From: Minisyncoccota bacterium
GTDB taxonomy: Bacteria > Patescibacteriota > Minisyncoccia > Phycocordibacterales > UBA918
Direction of reading: 5' to 3'
Assembly (NCBI GenBank): GCA_041389045.1
Contig: JAWKSQ010000002.1
Span: 23,898-87,897, forward strand
Length of the DNA: 64,000 nucleotides
Shown here: one piece after another, positions 18,453 to 26,250 of the stretch
Layout of the letters: each line of letters begins with the position of its first letter
How positions within the stretch are numbered: position 1 is the stretch's first letter
Made by a program: the position numbers and the translations under genes
Notes under the pieces: model-generated
What the model was told of the DNA's origin: nothing
What the model saw: only the letters and a program-made list of their open reading frames with translations
Database searches by the model: none

Positions 18453-19310
18453 CTACCTCATATCCGCATGAACATGCTTAGCCTCAATGAGTACGTAGTG
18501 GAAGCCAGCATCCCTAGCTAACTGTGCTACTTGAGCCAGTGTTATACCATTAATAGGTTGAAAATCGATCGCGGTGCCTTTGTAATGTTGACTATTTGCA
18601 CTGTGTCCCACTCCTTCGGTATAAGCAGCGGTAACTTGGAACGGTTGCTTACCATATTTCTTCAAACCTTCTTCCTGCATTTTCTTGGCCGCAGCTGCAG
18701 CGTCGACGTTTGCCTTATCTGTCCTACCTGGTCCATTGGTACCATGCCATGAGGCAACATTAAGTCCCATAGCACTTAGACTTGTCATACCGGAAGGATC
18801 GACAGGTGCACTGGGCACACCTGGCACCGGGACTACTGGCTCAGCTTTTTCATTTTTTAAATCTTCTGGTAAAATAGTCACTGTCTGTACCATACACTTC
18901 ACCTCTGACCAGGGACCCCAACCAGAAATCTCACCTACCGGCTGACCGGTATCACCACCTCCGACTAAACCTCTCATGATCGTGTCGACGATGAGCCAAG
19001 CTGACATCATGATTAAAAGACCAATCATGGCATTAGTAAACTTTGACTTAGCGGCTTGCAAAGCAGAAGTATTACCACCGGAAGTAACCAAACCAAAGCC
19101 AGCCACCACCATCAAAACAGCAAAAATCATAAAGACGATACCAAACAACCACACTATCACTTCATTCACCAGACTAGCTAAGCTACAAGCACTACAATCT
19201 GTACCGCTACAAGTCACAAAACGACTCTGCGCCATAGTAAGTGTCGGTAACAACCAAATACCTAAAAACAATGTTAGCGGGACCACCAAATGAAACATAT
19301 TTAGTATCAT
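18453..19310 (-). CDS. fusion protein: TrbC/VirB2-like (CPR T4SS-pilin-like) membrane domain plus M15-type peptidoglycan peptidase domain
   Basis: The N-terminus has a signal/TM segment, a Cys cluster (CSGTDCSACS), two TM helices and LIVDTIM, like the neighbouring 129-aa paralog. The C-terminus has GHSANSQHYKGTAIDF...HVHADM, which fits the SxHxxGxAxD...H zinc D,D-peptidase signature as I recall it. Confidence 0.65.
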   Translation of the reverse strand: MILNMFHLVVPLTLFLGIWLLPTLTMAQSRFVTCSGTDCSACSLASLVNEVIVWLFGIVFMIFAVLMVVAGFGLVTSGGNTSALQAAKSKFTNAMIGLLIMMSAWLIVDTIMRGLVGGGDTGQPVGEISGWGPWSEVKCMVQTVTILPEDLKNEKAEPVVPVPGVPSAPVDPSGMTSLSAMGLNVASWHGTNGPGRTDKANVDAAAAAKKMQEEGLKKYGKQPFQVTAAYTEGVGHSANSQHYKGTAIDFQPINGITLAQVAQLARDAGFHYVLIEAKHVHADMR

Positions 19311-19377
19311 AAAATTTATTATTACTTATATTTAAACACAGAAATGTCAAAAGGTGACCTGACTTTAAGCACAGTTA

Positions 19378-19767
19378 TTATGAGCACATTAAAGCATTCC
19401 AAACGCCATATTCAGAACCAGGAATAATTAACTTAAGAAAAGTATCAACAATCATCCAAGAAGCCAGTAAAATCATATACCCCACAATAGCGGTAGAAAT
19501 TATTTTTCTAGCCCCAGTCTTGGCTGACACATTACCGACTGCAGTACCCATCCATAGTCCAGCCACCACAATAGTCAAAACCACAAAAACACCTGACACC
19601 AGCACAAACCAATCAAAACCATTTTTTATTAGTTGTCCAAACTCGCAAAAACCACATTCATTAACCATTTTTCCGTCTACCACCTTTGGGTCACAAGGTA
19701 CAATCCCGGCCGCCAAACTAAGGGCTGGAAAAACCAATAAGACAAAGAAAAAAATTACTTTTGCCAT
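19378..19767 (-). CDS. TrbC/VirB2-like pilin-like small membrane protein
   Basis: Signal peptide, a CxxC-containing loop (CGFCEF), two TM helices and WMIVDTFLKL. Confidence 0.65.
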   Translation of the reverse strand: MAKVIFFFVLLVFPALSLAAGIVPCDPKVVDGKMVNECGFCEFGQLIKNGFDWFVLVSGVFVVLTIVVAGLWMGTAVGNVSAKTGARKIISTAIVGYMILLASWMIVDTFLKLIIPGSEYGVWNALMCS

Positions 19768-19863
19768 GTTATCCTAATAGTATCACCTCCCTGGTTTGAA
19801 AACTGCAGAGAGTGTGGTAATTTATACCTTACTTACGGCTAGTAAGTGATGAAATGAATAATT

Positions 19864-20020
19864 GCGTCGGTACGGAAGCGGAAAGCGGGGGCAAACTGTA
19901 AGACTTGCACTTTGCGCACCGGGAAGTCTTTCTGACAGCGTTGTTTCCCACCGGAAACACAGTTTAAAGTCGCTACACGCGACAAGTCAGTAAATCTTTT
20001 CGATTCCCAGTCTTCTTTGG
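19864..20020 (+). pseudogene. degenerate tRNA-Tyr-like copy
   Basis: GCGTCGGTACGGAAGCGG...GGCAAACTGTAAGACTTGC parallels the tRNA-Tyr 5' half and its GTA loop. About 90 nt of hairpin-rich insert follows (GTTTCC-CACC-GGAAAC), then a T-loop remnant TTCGATTCCC. No acceptor 3' strand is present. Confidence 0.45.
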
Positions 20021-20057
20021 TTATTCAAAAGTTGTGAAGTGATACAATTAAATAAAT

Positions 20058-20140
20058 GCGTCGGTACTCAAGCGGTCAACGAGGGCAGACTGTAAATCTG
20101 CTGGCATCAGCCTACGAAGGTTCGAATCCCTCCCGGCGCA
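20058..20140 (+). tRNA. tRNA-Tyr(GTA)
   Basis: GCGTCGG...GCAGA CTGTAAA TCTGC, a long variable arm, GGTTCGAATCC, CCGGCGC A. No CCA is encoded. Confidence 0.9.
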
Positions 20141-20172
20141 CATTAGAAGATAAGGCACCTTTAGGTGCTTTT

Positions 20173-20334
20173 TCTAATGTGCGCCGGAGCAAGCAAATAG
20201 TTTTGCTTGCTTGAGGGATTCAAAAGCGCAGCGATGCCGAAGGCGAGCGAGCTGGGGTCGAGAGTACTTAGTAGAATTAGAGCGTAGCGAATAATTATAC
20301 TTAGTAACTCGTGACCGAATCCTTTCCTCCCGGC
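20173..20334 (+). repeat. tRNA-linked mosaic structured repeat, unit C (archetype)
   Basis: TGCGCCGG (20180-87) and GAGGGATTC (20213-21) are the reverse complement of the tRNA-Tyr 3' strands. They are split by AGCAAGCAAATAGTTTTGCTTGCT. The core ends in CTCGTGACC (20316). GAATCCTTTCCTCCCGGC (20317-34) follows. Confidence 0.85.
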
Positions 20335-20481
20335 TTAGATAGAAATATTATCTTTTAATATAGCCACATTTTATAAGAAAATGTTTGCAAACACTTGACA
20401 TTTTGAATAAATAATTGATTATATCTGCAGACAGGGAGTCGAGGATCTCAATAAAACCTCATCATTGAAAAAGGTTACGAA

Positions 20482-20982
20482 ATGAAAAAAGCTCTTGGTT
20501 TTATTCTCATCATTCCGTTTCTGATCTGGGGCGGTGTTCGGATGTGGCAAGCTGAGATCTCATTCAACGTTCAAGCGGGCGGACACATGCAGAACGCAGC
20601 AAACGCTAACTCTGTCGAATTGGCCACGAAAGAGATGGAAAATGTTGTGAAATACTTCGAAGATCGGCACTTACAACCAGGTTTCACTTCCATTTTCTAC
20701 AACACTCCAGAGGAAAATGTAGGTTTCTGGATGGCTAACATGCGAGCTTCACTTGATGAACTCAAACAAGTCAAGTCAGACGCAACAAGTCTCGAGAAGA
20801 GCAATGTACTTATGAAGCTACGGGAAACACTTACGGATAAGTCTAAGAGTGGCTCGGAGATTAGCATCCCTCAAGGAATCAGCATTTACCCGCACAACTT
20901 CATCTACATGTTGGTCGGCGTCCTTTCGACCATCCTTGCCGTTGTTGGCGTCATGCTCTTTTTGGTTGGCATGGACGAATAG
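20482..20982 (+). CDS. hypothetical membrane protein (TM segments at the N- and C-termini), G+C-rich orphan
   Basis: 166-aa ORF with its own TTGACA promoter-like box near 20393. No motif recognised. Confidence 0.6.
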   Translation: MKKALGFILIIPFLIWGGVRMWQAEISFNVQAGGHMQNAANANSVELATKEMENVVKYFEDRHLQPGFTSIFYNTPEENVGFWMANMRASLDELKQVKSDATSLEKSNVLMKLRETLTDKSKSGSEISIPQGISIYPHNFIYMLVGVLSTILAVVGVMLFLVGMDE

Positions 20983-21090
20983 ATCCAGCTTCAGTCGAAA
21001 CCGCCACACCAGGCGTAAGGAAGGACAATCGTCCCAACTTCCCCTTCGGTGCGGCGGTTCTTTCTTTTTATACTAAACCACACAAAATTG

Positions 21091-21144
21091 TCGAACCACC
21101 TCCAGTTCAGAGCACGCGTTAAGAATAACCCTAATTTGTAGGGG
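21091..21144. repeat. repeated terminator module, copy 1
   Basis: TCGAACCACCTCCAGTTCAGAGCACGCGTTAAGAATAACCCTAATTTGTAGGGG is similar to the copy at 22234-22290. Confidence 0.6.
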
Positions 21145-21167
21145 CCGGGAGAGAGTTCGACACTTTT

Positions 21168-21557
21168 CTAGAAAGTGGCAAAGATCTTTCTGTTGCCTGA
21201 ATCAATTCGAACCATACCACCATACGGCATTGGGATCTGCGGTTCTGTGTGACCAAAATCCATATTCTGAACAATAGGTATTTCTTTGTTGTAGGCACGA
21301 ACAATTTTTACAATTGTATCTTGCTGTTCCTTTCTGTACGCAACTCGTTCTTCAAGACTTCGCATGTTATCAAATTCACGTGCTTTAGCTCGTCCTACGC
21401 AAATACCCTTTACTCGCGAAAGTACACCTCGTTCCCCTAATGCACGGAAGAATCTCATAACATAATCAGAAGATGGTATCTCTTCTGAAGTTTCCATCAT
21501 AAGTACGATATCTTCAAATTGCTCTAGAGACGGGCTATCAACTCCGTGTCGCAACAT
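21168..21557 (-). CDS. LD-carboxypeptidase (S66/MccF-like), C-terminal fragment
   Basis: Contains MDFGHTEPQIPMPYGG. It continues from 21640-22203 after a 1-nt frameshift near 21643-21650. Confidence 0.75.
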   Translation of the reverse strand: MLRHGVDSPSLEQFEDIVLMMETSEEIPSSDYVMRFFRALGERGVLSRVKGICVGRAKAREFDNMRSLEERVAYRKEQQDTIVKIVRAYNKEIPIVQNMDFGHTEPQIPMPYGGMVRIDSGNRKIFATF

Positions 21558-21639
21558 CTCATCAATTGATTCTAGGCAACCACCCCAAAGAAGTCCCTCT
21601 GCACTTTTACTTCCATCCCACGACCAGCCTTCATTTGGT

Positions 21640-22203
21640 TCATACTCTCTCCTTATTCAGCTGTTCAACATCACCCCAATCTAATCCAATATCATTAAAA
21701 GACTTACTTGACATAAGTTCAAACTCTCCCTCATCAAACAAAGCGTGTCTGATGTACTCTACTGTATATGGATTCATTTCTTTCTGATGTGCAAACTGGG
21801 TGAATAGCGCGGCTCCGTAGAATGACGGTATTCCATTTAAAAACAGAAAGTTACAAAAATGTGAGTTATCACTGTATCCAAAAAATGGTTTTGTATTATC
21901 TACAAACGGTTTACTGAGAAGATTTTTGATATACGTTACTTGTATATCACCGCCAAGAGTTGATATAACTGCTTTAATTTCTGGATCAGAAAATGCAGCA
22001 ATGATATCATTAGCTTTTTCCTCAAGAGTAGCGTCGAGTATAGCTGTAGTTGGATACATTACAGGTTCAAGTTCAAATACTTCACGAAGGCGCTTAAGTC
22101 CCAAATCATGAACGTGTGGCCACACAGCTGACGCGGCAAAACTCGGTGACACAATTGCAACCTTATCCCCTTTCTTTAATTTGGGTATTTTTTTCATTTT
22201 CAT
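21640..22203 (-). CDS. LD-carboxypeptidase (S66/MccF-like), N-terminal fragment
   Basis: Contains KGDKVAIVSPS and the GYSDNSH nucleophile motif. The linking segment YEPNEGWSWDGSKSAEGLLWGGCLESIDEMLRHG is readable in another frame. Confidence 0.75.
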   Translation of the reverse strand: MKMKKIPKLKKGDKVAIVSPSFAASAVWPHVHDLGLKRLREVFELEPVMYPTTAILDATLEEKANDIIAAFSDPEIKAVISTLGGDIQVTYIKNLLSKPFVDNTKPFFGYSDNSHFCNFLFLNGIPSFYGAALFTQFAHQKEMNPYTVEYIRHALFDEGEFELMSSKSFNDIGLDWGDVEQLNKERV

Positions 22204-22233
22204 TACTACTTCAGTTTAACATAAGCAAAGTTT

Positions 22234-22290
22234 TCGAACCGCCTCCAGCTCGGCGCAAGTTTTTAAAAATAACCCTAATTTATTGGGTTA
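22234..22290. repeat. repeated terminator module, copy 2
   Basis: TCGAACCGCCTCCAGCTCGGCGCAAGTTTTTAAAAATAACCCTAATTTATTGGGTTA, including the hairpin AATAACCC-TAATTTA-TTGGGTTATT. Confidence 0.6.
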
Positions 22291-22352
22291 TTTTTATAGA
22301 GATAAATGATGACTTAACACTTATATTTTTAAACGACTTATGAATTATATTA

Positions 22353-23072
22353 CTAAAAGGAAAGGTCGATTATAGAGACTTTCGGCTTTGGTAAACTACT
22401 CCTTGAATCATGTAAACCATCTCCTACACCAACTAAGAGGTATTCATTTGTTGCACAATCAAAAGCACAGACCTTATCATATATTTTTACAAGTCTTTCA
22501 TTTAAATCTACATTTATAGTAACTAATGGAGCACATAAATGTTTGGAGCAATCAGGAAAATCACCAGTTACTCCCTCAATCTGAATTTCATCTTGATTCC
22601 ATGTTTTAATAGACAAAAAATCTAACTGACGCACATCCCACGCATTAAAGTGTTGTTCATAGACACAAAGCATTTCCTCTTTCCAACAACGCAACATTAC
22701 ATCTGTAACACTCTCTAATGAACCCGAGATTTCTACTGAAATAGGTGCCAATTCTCCCTGTACAAACAACTGTCCACTAGAAGTTGAATAGGCTTTAAAA
22801 GTGTATTCTGAAAATAACATTTCCTTACTTATAGGACTACTTCCAGTAGATAAATTTTGATTAATATTCAAACTTTCGTTAGGTACTATGTTTTGTACAA
22901 CAAACCTATCAACTATCTTCTCCGGCGCATACATATACCCAATCCAACCCCCGATAAACGGCATTGCCAGGAAAAGAAACATTGCCAAGTACTTTGATAA
23001 CGGAGTTACTTTCTTGAGATTAGTAAATTTATCTTCTTGTATAGATGTTTGTGAGGTGACATCTGGTTCCAT
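22353..23072 (-). CDS. hypothetical membrane-anchored protein
   Basis: 239 aa with one TM segment (YLAMFLFLAMPFIGGWIGYMY). AT-rich. Confidence 0.6.
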   Translation of the reverse strand: MEPDVTSQTSIQEDKFTNLKKVTPLSKYLAMFLFLAMPFIGGWIGYMYAPEKIVDRFVVQNIVPNESLNINQNLSTGSSPISKEMLFSEYTFKAYSTSSGQLFVQGELAPISVEISGSLESVTDVMLRCWKEEMLCVYEQHFNAWDVRQLDFLSIKTWNQDEIQIEGVTGDFPDCSKHLCAPLVTINVDLNERLVKIYDKVCAFDCATNEYLLVGVGDGLHDSRSSLPKPKVSIIDLSF

Positions 23073-23128
23073 ATCTAATAATCATATCACGCAGTATGTA
23101 TTATCTATCAAGTTCAATGAGCAAAACA

Positions 23129-23164
23129 AATACCACAATTAATTACGTAATTAATTCTGGTATT
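23129..23164. promoter_or_regulatory. 36-bp palindrome, copy 1 (35/36 identical to copy 2)
   Basis: AATACCACAATTAATTACGTAATTAATTCTGGTATT. It lies just upstream of the promoter region of the minus-strand gene 22353-23072. Confidence 0.6.
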
Positions 23165-23179
23165 CCATTTTTTAAGACA

Positions 23180-24313
23180 CTAACTCTGAAAATACTTTTT
23201 TCCTTTAAGTTTATCCGGCAGGAGAGATTCACCTTTCTCTGGATACATTTCATAACCTTCTCCATATCCCTCTTCTTTCATTAATTTAGTCGAAGCATTT
23301 CGTAAAGACAGCGGAATTGGCAGATTGCCGAAATTCTTTATATCTCTTTGCACCGCCCGAAGAGCATCGTAAGCACGCCGATCTTTCTTAGCTGTCGCTA
23401 GGTATACCACCCCGTGAGCTAAATTGATAGCGCATTCCGGATAGCCAATAGTTTCGGTGGTGCGAAAGACTTCGTTTGCTACCACGAGCGCCGTGGGCAG
23501 AGCCATCCCTATATCCTCACTAGCAAATATAACCATGCGTCTAGCAATAAACTTGGGATCTTCCCCACTTTCTATCATGCGAGCTAGGTAATAAAGCGCG
23601 GCGTCAGGGTCAGAGGCACGCATACTTTTTATAAAAGCACTAATGGTATTGTAGTGTTCTTCACCTTGTTTATCATAACGAAGAAAAGTACTCTGGAGCG
23701 CCTCAGACATAGTGTCAACCGTCACTTTACCGTAAAGTGATTTGGTCTCTTCGAGTAGAGTTAGCATCTGTCTAGCGTCACCATTAGCCACCCGAATTAG
23801 CCATTCCCGGGAATTTTTATCAAGCTTAATTTTAGTCGACTTTATAATCGCCTCCATATTTTCTGGAGTAAGTTCATGCAAAGTAAAAACCCGGCAACGA
23901 GAAAGTAAAGCTGAAATAACTTCAAAACTTGGATTTTCGGTCGTAGCGCCAATCAATGTCAGCGCCCCACTTTCTACAAAAGGTAGCAGGTAATCCTGCT
24001 GGGCTTTATTAAAGCGATGGATTTCATCTAAGAAAAGAACTTTGGATTCTTCCGTTTCTTCATCGATAATCTTCTTAATATCGGCCTTACCAGCACTAAC
24101 AGCCGACAGCTCGTAAAAGCGTACTCCGAGAGCCTGCGCGTAGATGCGTGCCAAGGTAGTCTTTCCTACCCCAGGTGGTCCCCAGAGAATAAAAGAAAAC
24201 AAATGTTTCTTATCAATTGCTTCCCGCAAAGGCTTACCTGGGCCCACCAAGTGTTCTTGCCCAATGAGACTATCAAGGGTAGTTGGTCTAAGTCGTGAAG
24301 CCAGTGGTTCCAT
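23180..24313 (-). CDS. rarA: replication-associated recombination protein A (AAA+)
   Basis: Contains RPTTLDSLIGQEHL, GPPGVGKTT, DEIHRFNK, and a MgsA C-terminal region. Confidence 0.9.
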   Translation of the reverse strand: MEPLASRLRPTTLDSLIGQEHLVGPGKPLREAIDKKHLFSFILWGPPGVGKTTLARIYAQALGVRFYELSAVSAGKADIKKIIDEETEESKVLFLDEIHRFNKAQQDYLLPFVESGALTLIGATTENPSFEVISALLSRCRVFTLHELTPENMEAIIKSTKIKLDKNSREWLIRVANGDARQMLTLLEETKSLYGKVTVDTMSEALQSTFLRYDKQGEEHYNTISAFIKSMRASDPDAALYYLARMIESGEDPKFIARRMVIFASEDIGMALPTALVVANEVFRTTETIGYPECAINLAHGVVYLATAKKDRRAYDALRAVQRDIKNFGNLPIPLSLRNASTKLMKEEGYGEGYEMYPEKGESLLPDKLKGKKYFQS

Positions 24314-24439
24314 TTCCCTATGCTACCTCTCTTAGCAACAGAAGAAAAGTCTGTCATTTATAGCTAATAGTTGTTAAATAACTAAAATCTTGTACGATAG
24401 ATTTCGGCAATCCCATCAACGACTACAGGAGGAGCTGAC

Positions 24440-25063
24440 ATGGCTACGACACGCGTCTTGATTTCCTGGTTCCTTTTGATCCTTGCTAGCGGTCTCATGC
24501 CGGCCCTGGCCGACACAGTCCCAAAGCCACTGAACTATGAGCTACCTGCTGATGAAGTTGAAGGGACTACGAGCTATTTGATTAATACGCTACCCAGCAC
24601 AGCACCGAAAGAGCCACTGTGCCATGCGGTCTCGACTACAGTCTTCATCGGCTCACATCATCACGGAAAGAGTAACCATGGTCGTCTCAACGAAGATAAC
24701 CATGGGTTGTCCGGAACCTGTTACTTCGATGAAGAAAGAAATCTCTACAGCATCATTGGCGGGCTCGAAAACAGTCAGTTCGGTACAACCGTATTTGCTG
24801 GCCCCGGTATACGAGTGAGGACAGCGGAATTGGCTCGAGTTTCTCTTGAAGTGGGACTTGAGCTACCACTGATCTACTACCGTGCACCAGGACTGAACAA
24901 AGAAAGATTTGGTATCCTACCCATTCTCTATCTTGGCCTGAGCTATCGCTTACCCAACAATTGGGGCTATATCGAAGTCTCGCAACGTCGACTCGGAATA
25001 CTGGGTGTAGCTAACAAGAAAGTTGACCTTTACTCAATTGCATGGACACATAAGTTCAAGTGA
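24440..25063 (+). CDS. secreted hypothetical protein, G+C-rich orphan
   Basis: Signal peptide (LILASGLMPALA). The C-terminal half has alternating beta-like strands and ends WTHKFK. The function was not recognised. Confidence 0.6.
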   Translation: MATTRVLISWFLLILASGLMPALADTVPKPLNYELPADEVEGTTSYLINTLPSTAPKEPLCHAVSTTVFIGSHHHGKSNHGRLNEDNHGLSGTCYFDEERNLYSIIGGLENSQFGTTVFAGPGIRVRTAELARVSLEVGLELPLIYYRAPGLNKERFGILPILYLGLSYRLPNNWGYIEVSQRRLGILGVANKKVDLYSIAWTHKFK

Positions 25064-25084
25064 CTGTCCACCAAAATGAATCAT

Positions 25085-25119
25085 CGCCCTAGCACACTTA
25101 GTGCTGGGGCGATTTTCTT
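25085..25119 (+). terminator. rho-independent terminator
   Basis: CGCCCTAGCAC-ACTTA-GTGCTGGGGCG followed by ATTTTCTT. Confidence 0.8.
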
Positions 25120-25254
25120 ATATTTAATTTAAAGCTGAAATTTGACTTTTATTTCTCTTACTTGTTAACTGTCACACATGCTCAGTAGATCCTGGGTGCT
25201 CTTTGAGGAAAAACCATGGTCATCAAATAACAGGACGTCATCCGTCAATACTAT

Positions 25255-25575
25255 GTGGAGGCATTGACAGATGCCACAAACGAGCAAGTGACTCTTTGTC
25301 TGGACGAAGCCGGTGAATCAACCCCTACTAACACCAAACAAACAATTCGTGTTGGTAAGAGAACTATTTACGGCGTCTACTTTGTTCCTGAAGAGATTTT
25401 GAGGAAACTTCTCAAATCAGAACATAGGAACAATATCAATGTTTATGCACAAGGAAGTGACGGCGAAATACTTCCCTTTACGGATACTTCAAAAATCCTA
25501 AAGACCGCTTCTTTATGTGGCGCCATTAAGTCAAAAAGCAACGCCGTAAAGGCATTGCGACGAAAAAGAGGCTGA
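25255..25575 (+). CDS. hypothetical protein (weak)
   Basis: 106-aa ORF from a GTG with no clear RBS. A terminator lies at 25610-25642. Confidence 0.35.
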   Translation: MEALTDATNEQVTLCLDEAGESTPTNTKQTIRVGKRTIYGVYFVPEEILRKLLKSEHRNNINVYAQGSDGEILPFTDTSKILKTASLCGAIKSKSNAVKALRRKRG

Positions 25576-25609
25576 TTAGCAAAACCACAACTTGACCGGC
25601 AACCAAAGC

Positions 25610-25642
25610 AACTCCAGCCTTCCAGCTGGAGTTTCTTCTTTC
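25610..25642 (+). terminator. rho-independent terminator
   Basis: AACTCCAGC-CTTCC-AGCTGGAGTT followed by TCTTCTTTC. Confidence 0.75.
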
Positions 25643-25651
25643 GAAATCATA

Positions 25652-25687
25652 AATACCACAATTAATTACGTAATTAATTGTGGTATT
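25652..25687. promoter_or_regulatory. 36-bp perfect palindrome, copy 2 (candidate operator/activator site)
   Basis: AATACCACAATTAATTAC|GTAATTAATTGTGGTATT. It ends 2 nt before the TTGACA at 25690. Confidence 0.6.
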
Positions 25688-25689
25688 GA

Positions 25690-25718
25690 TTGACATTTCA
25701 TTTCAGAAAGCGCTAAAT
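25690..25718 (+). promoter_or_regulatory. sigma70-like promoter
   Basis: TTGACA-N17-CTAAAT. Confidence 0.5.
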
Positions 25719-25777
25719 ACTATTATGTCTCAGCACAATGGGTGTCTGAGTTGTTCTTAACCAAGTGGAGAAAAACC

Positions 25778-26236
25778 ATGCAACCTCTTGACCCTGAAAT
25801 TTTGGAAAAAATCGCCAATATGACTGGCTGTCCAATCTGGAAAATCCAGATTGACTTGGGTAAAGCACCCACAGTGACTTGCCCCGCCGTCAATCAAAGA
25901 GAAGCTATGCTTTCTTACCACCGGGCAGTGAGTGGCAGTGAAAAAGCCTATGTCGCCCTGAAAAAATGGGACGAGTTTTCCATACAAGCCATCGAATCGG
26001 CCCAAACGGTACTCGCGGTCTACGTCGCTATCAACTTCTCATCCCAATCAACTGAATTGCGAATGGCTGCTGACAAAAAAATTGACGCGATCTTGAGAGA
26101 ATTAATCAAGTCTGCTGAAACGGTGGAAGAACTGATGGAAATTTACCCATCTTGCCCACCAGATAGCCAAGTTCATAGCTCGCTGGCTCAGAAGCTATAC
26201 AACATGATGATGATGTCAGTACCAACACGCAAATGA
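25778..26236 (+). CDS. hypothetical protein, G+C-rich orphan
   Basis: GGAG lies 8 nt upstream of ATG 25778 (MQPLDPEIL...). A terminator follows at 26251-26283. Confidence 0.55.
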   Translation: MQPLDPEILEKIANMTGCPIWKIQIDLGKAPTVTCPAVNQREAMLSYHRAVSGSEKAYVALKKWDEFSIQAIESAQTVLAVYVAINFSSQSTELRMAADKKIDAILRELIKSAETVEELMEIYPSCPPDSQVHSSLAQKLYNMMMMSVPTRK

Positions 26237-26250
26237 ACATGTTCCATCTC

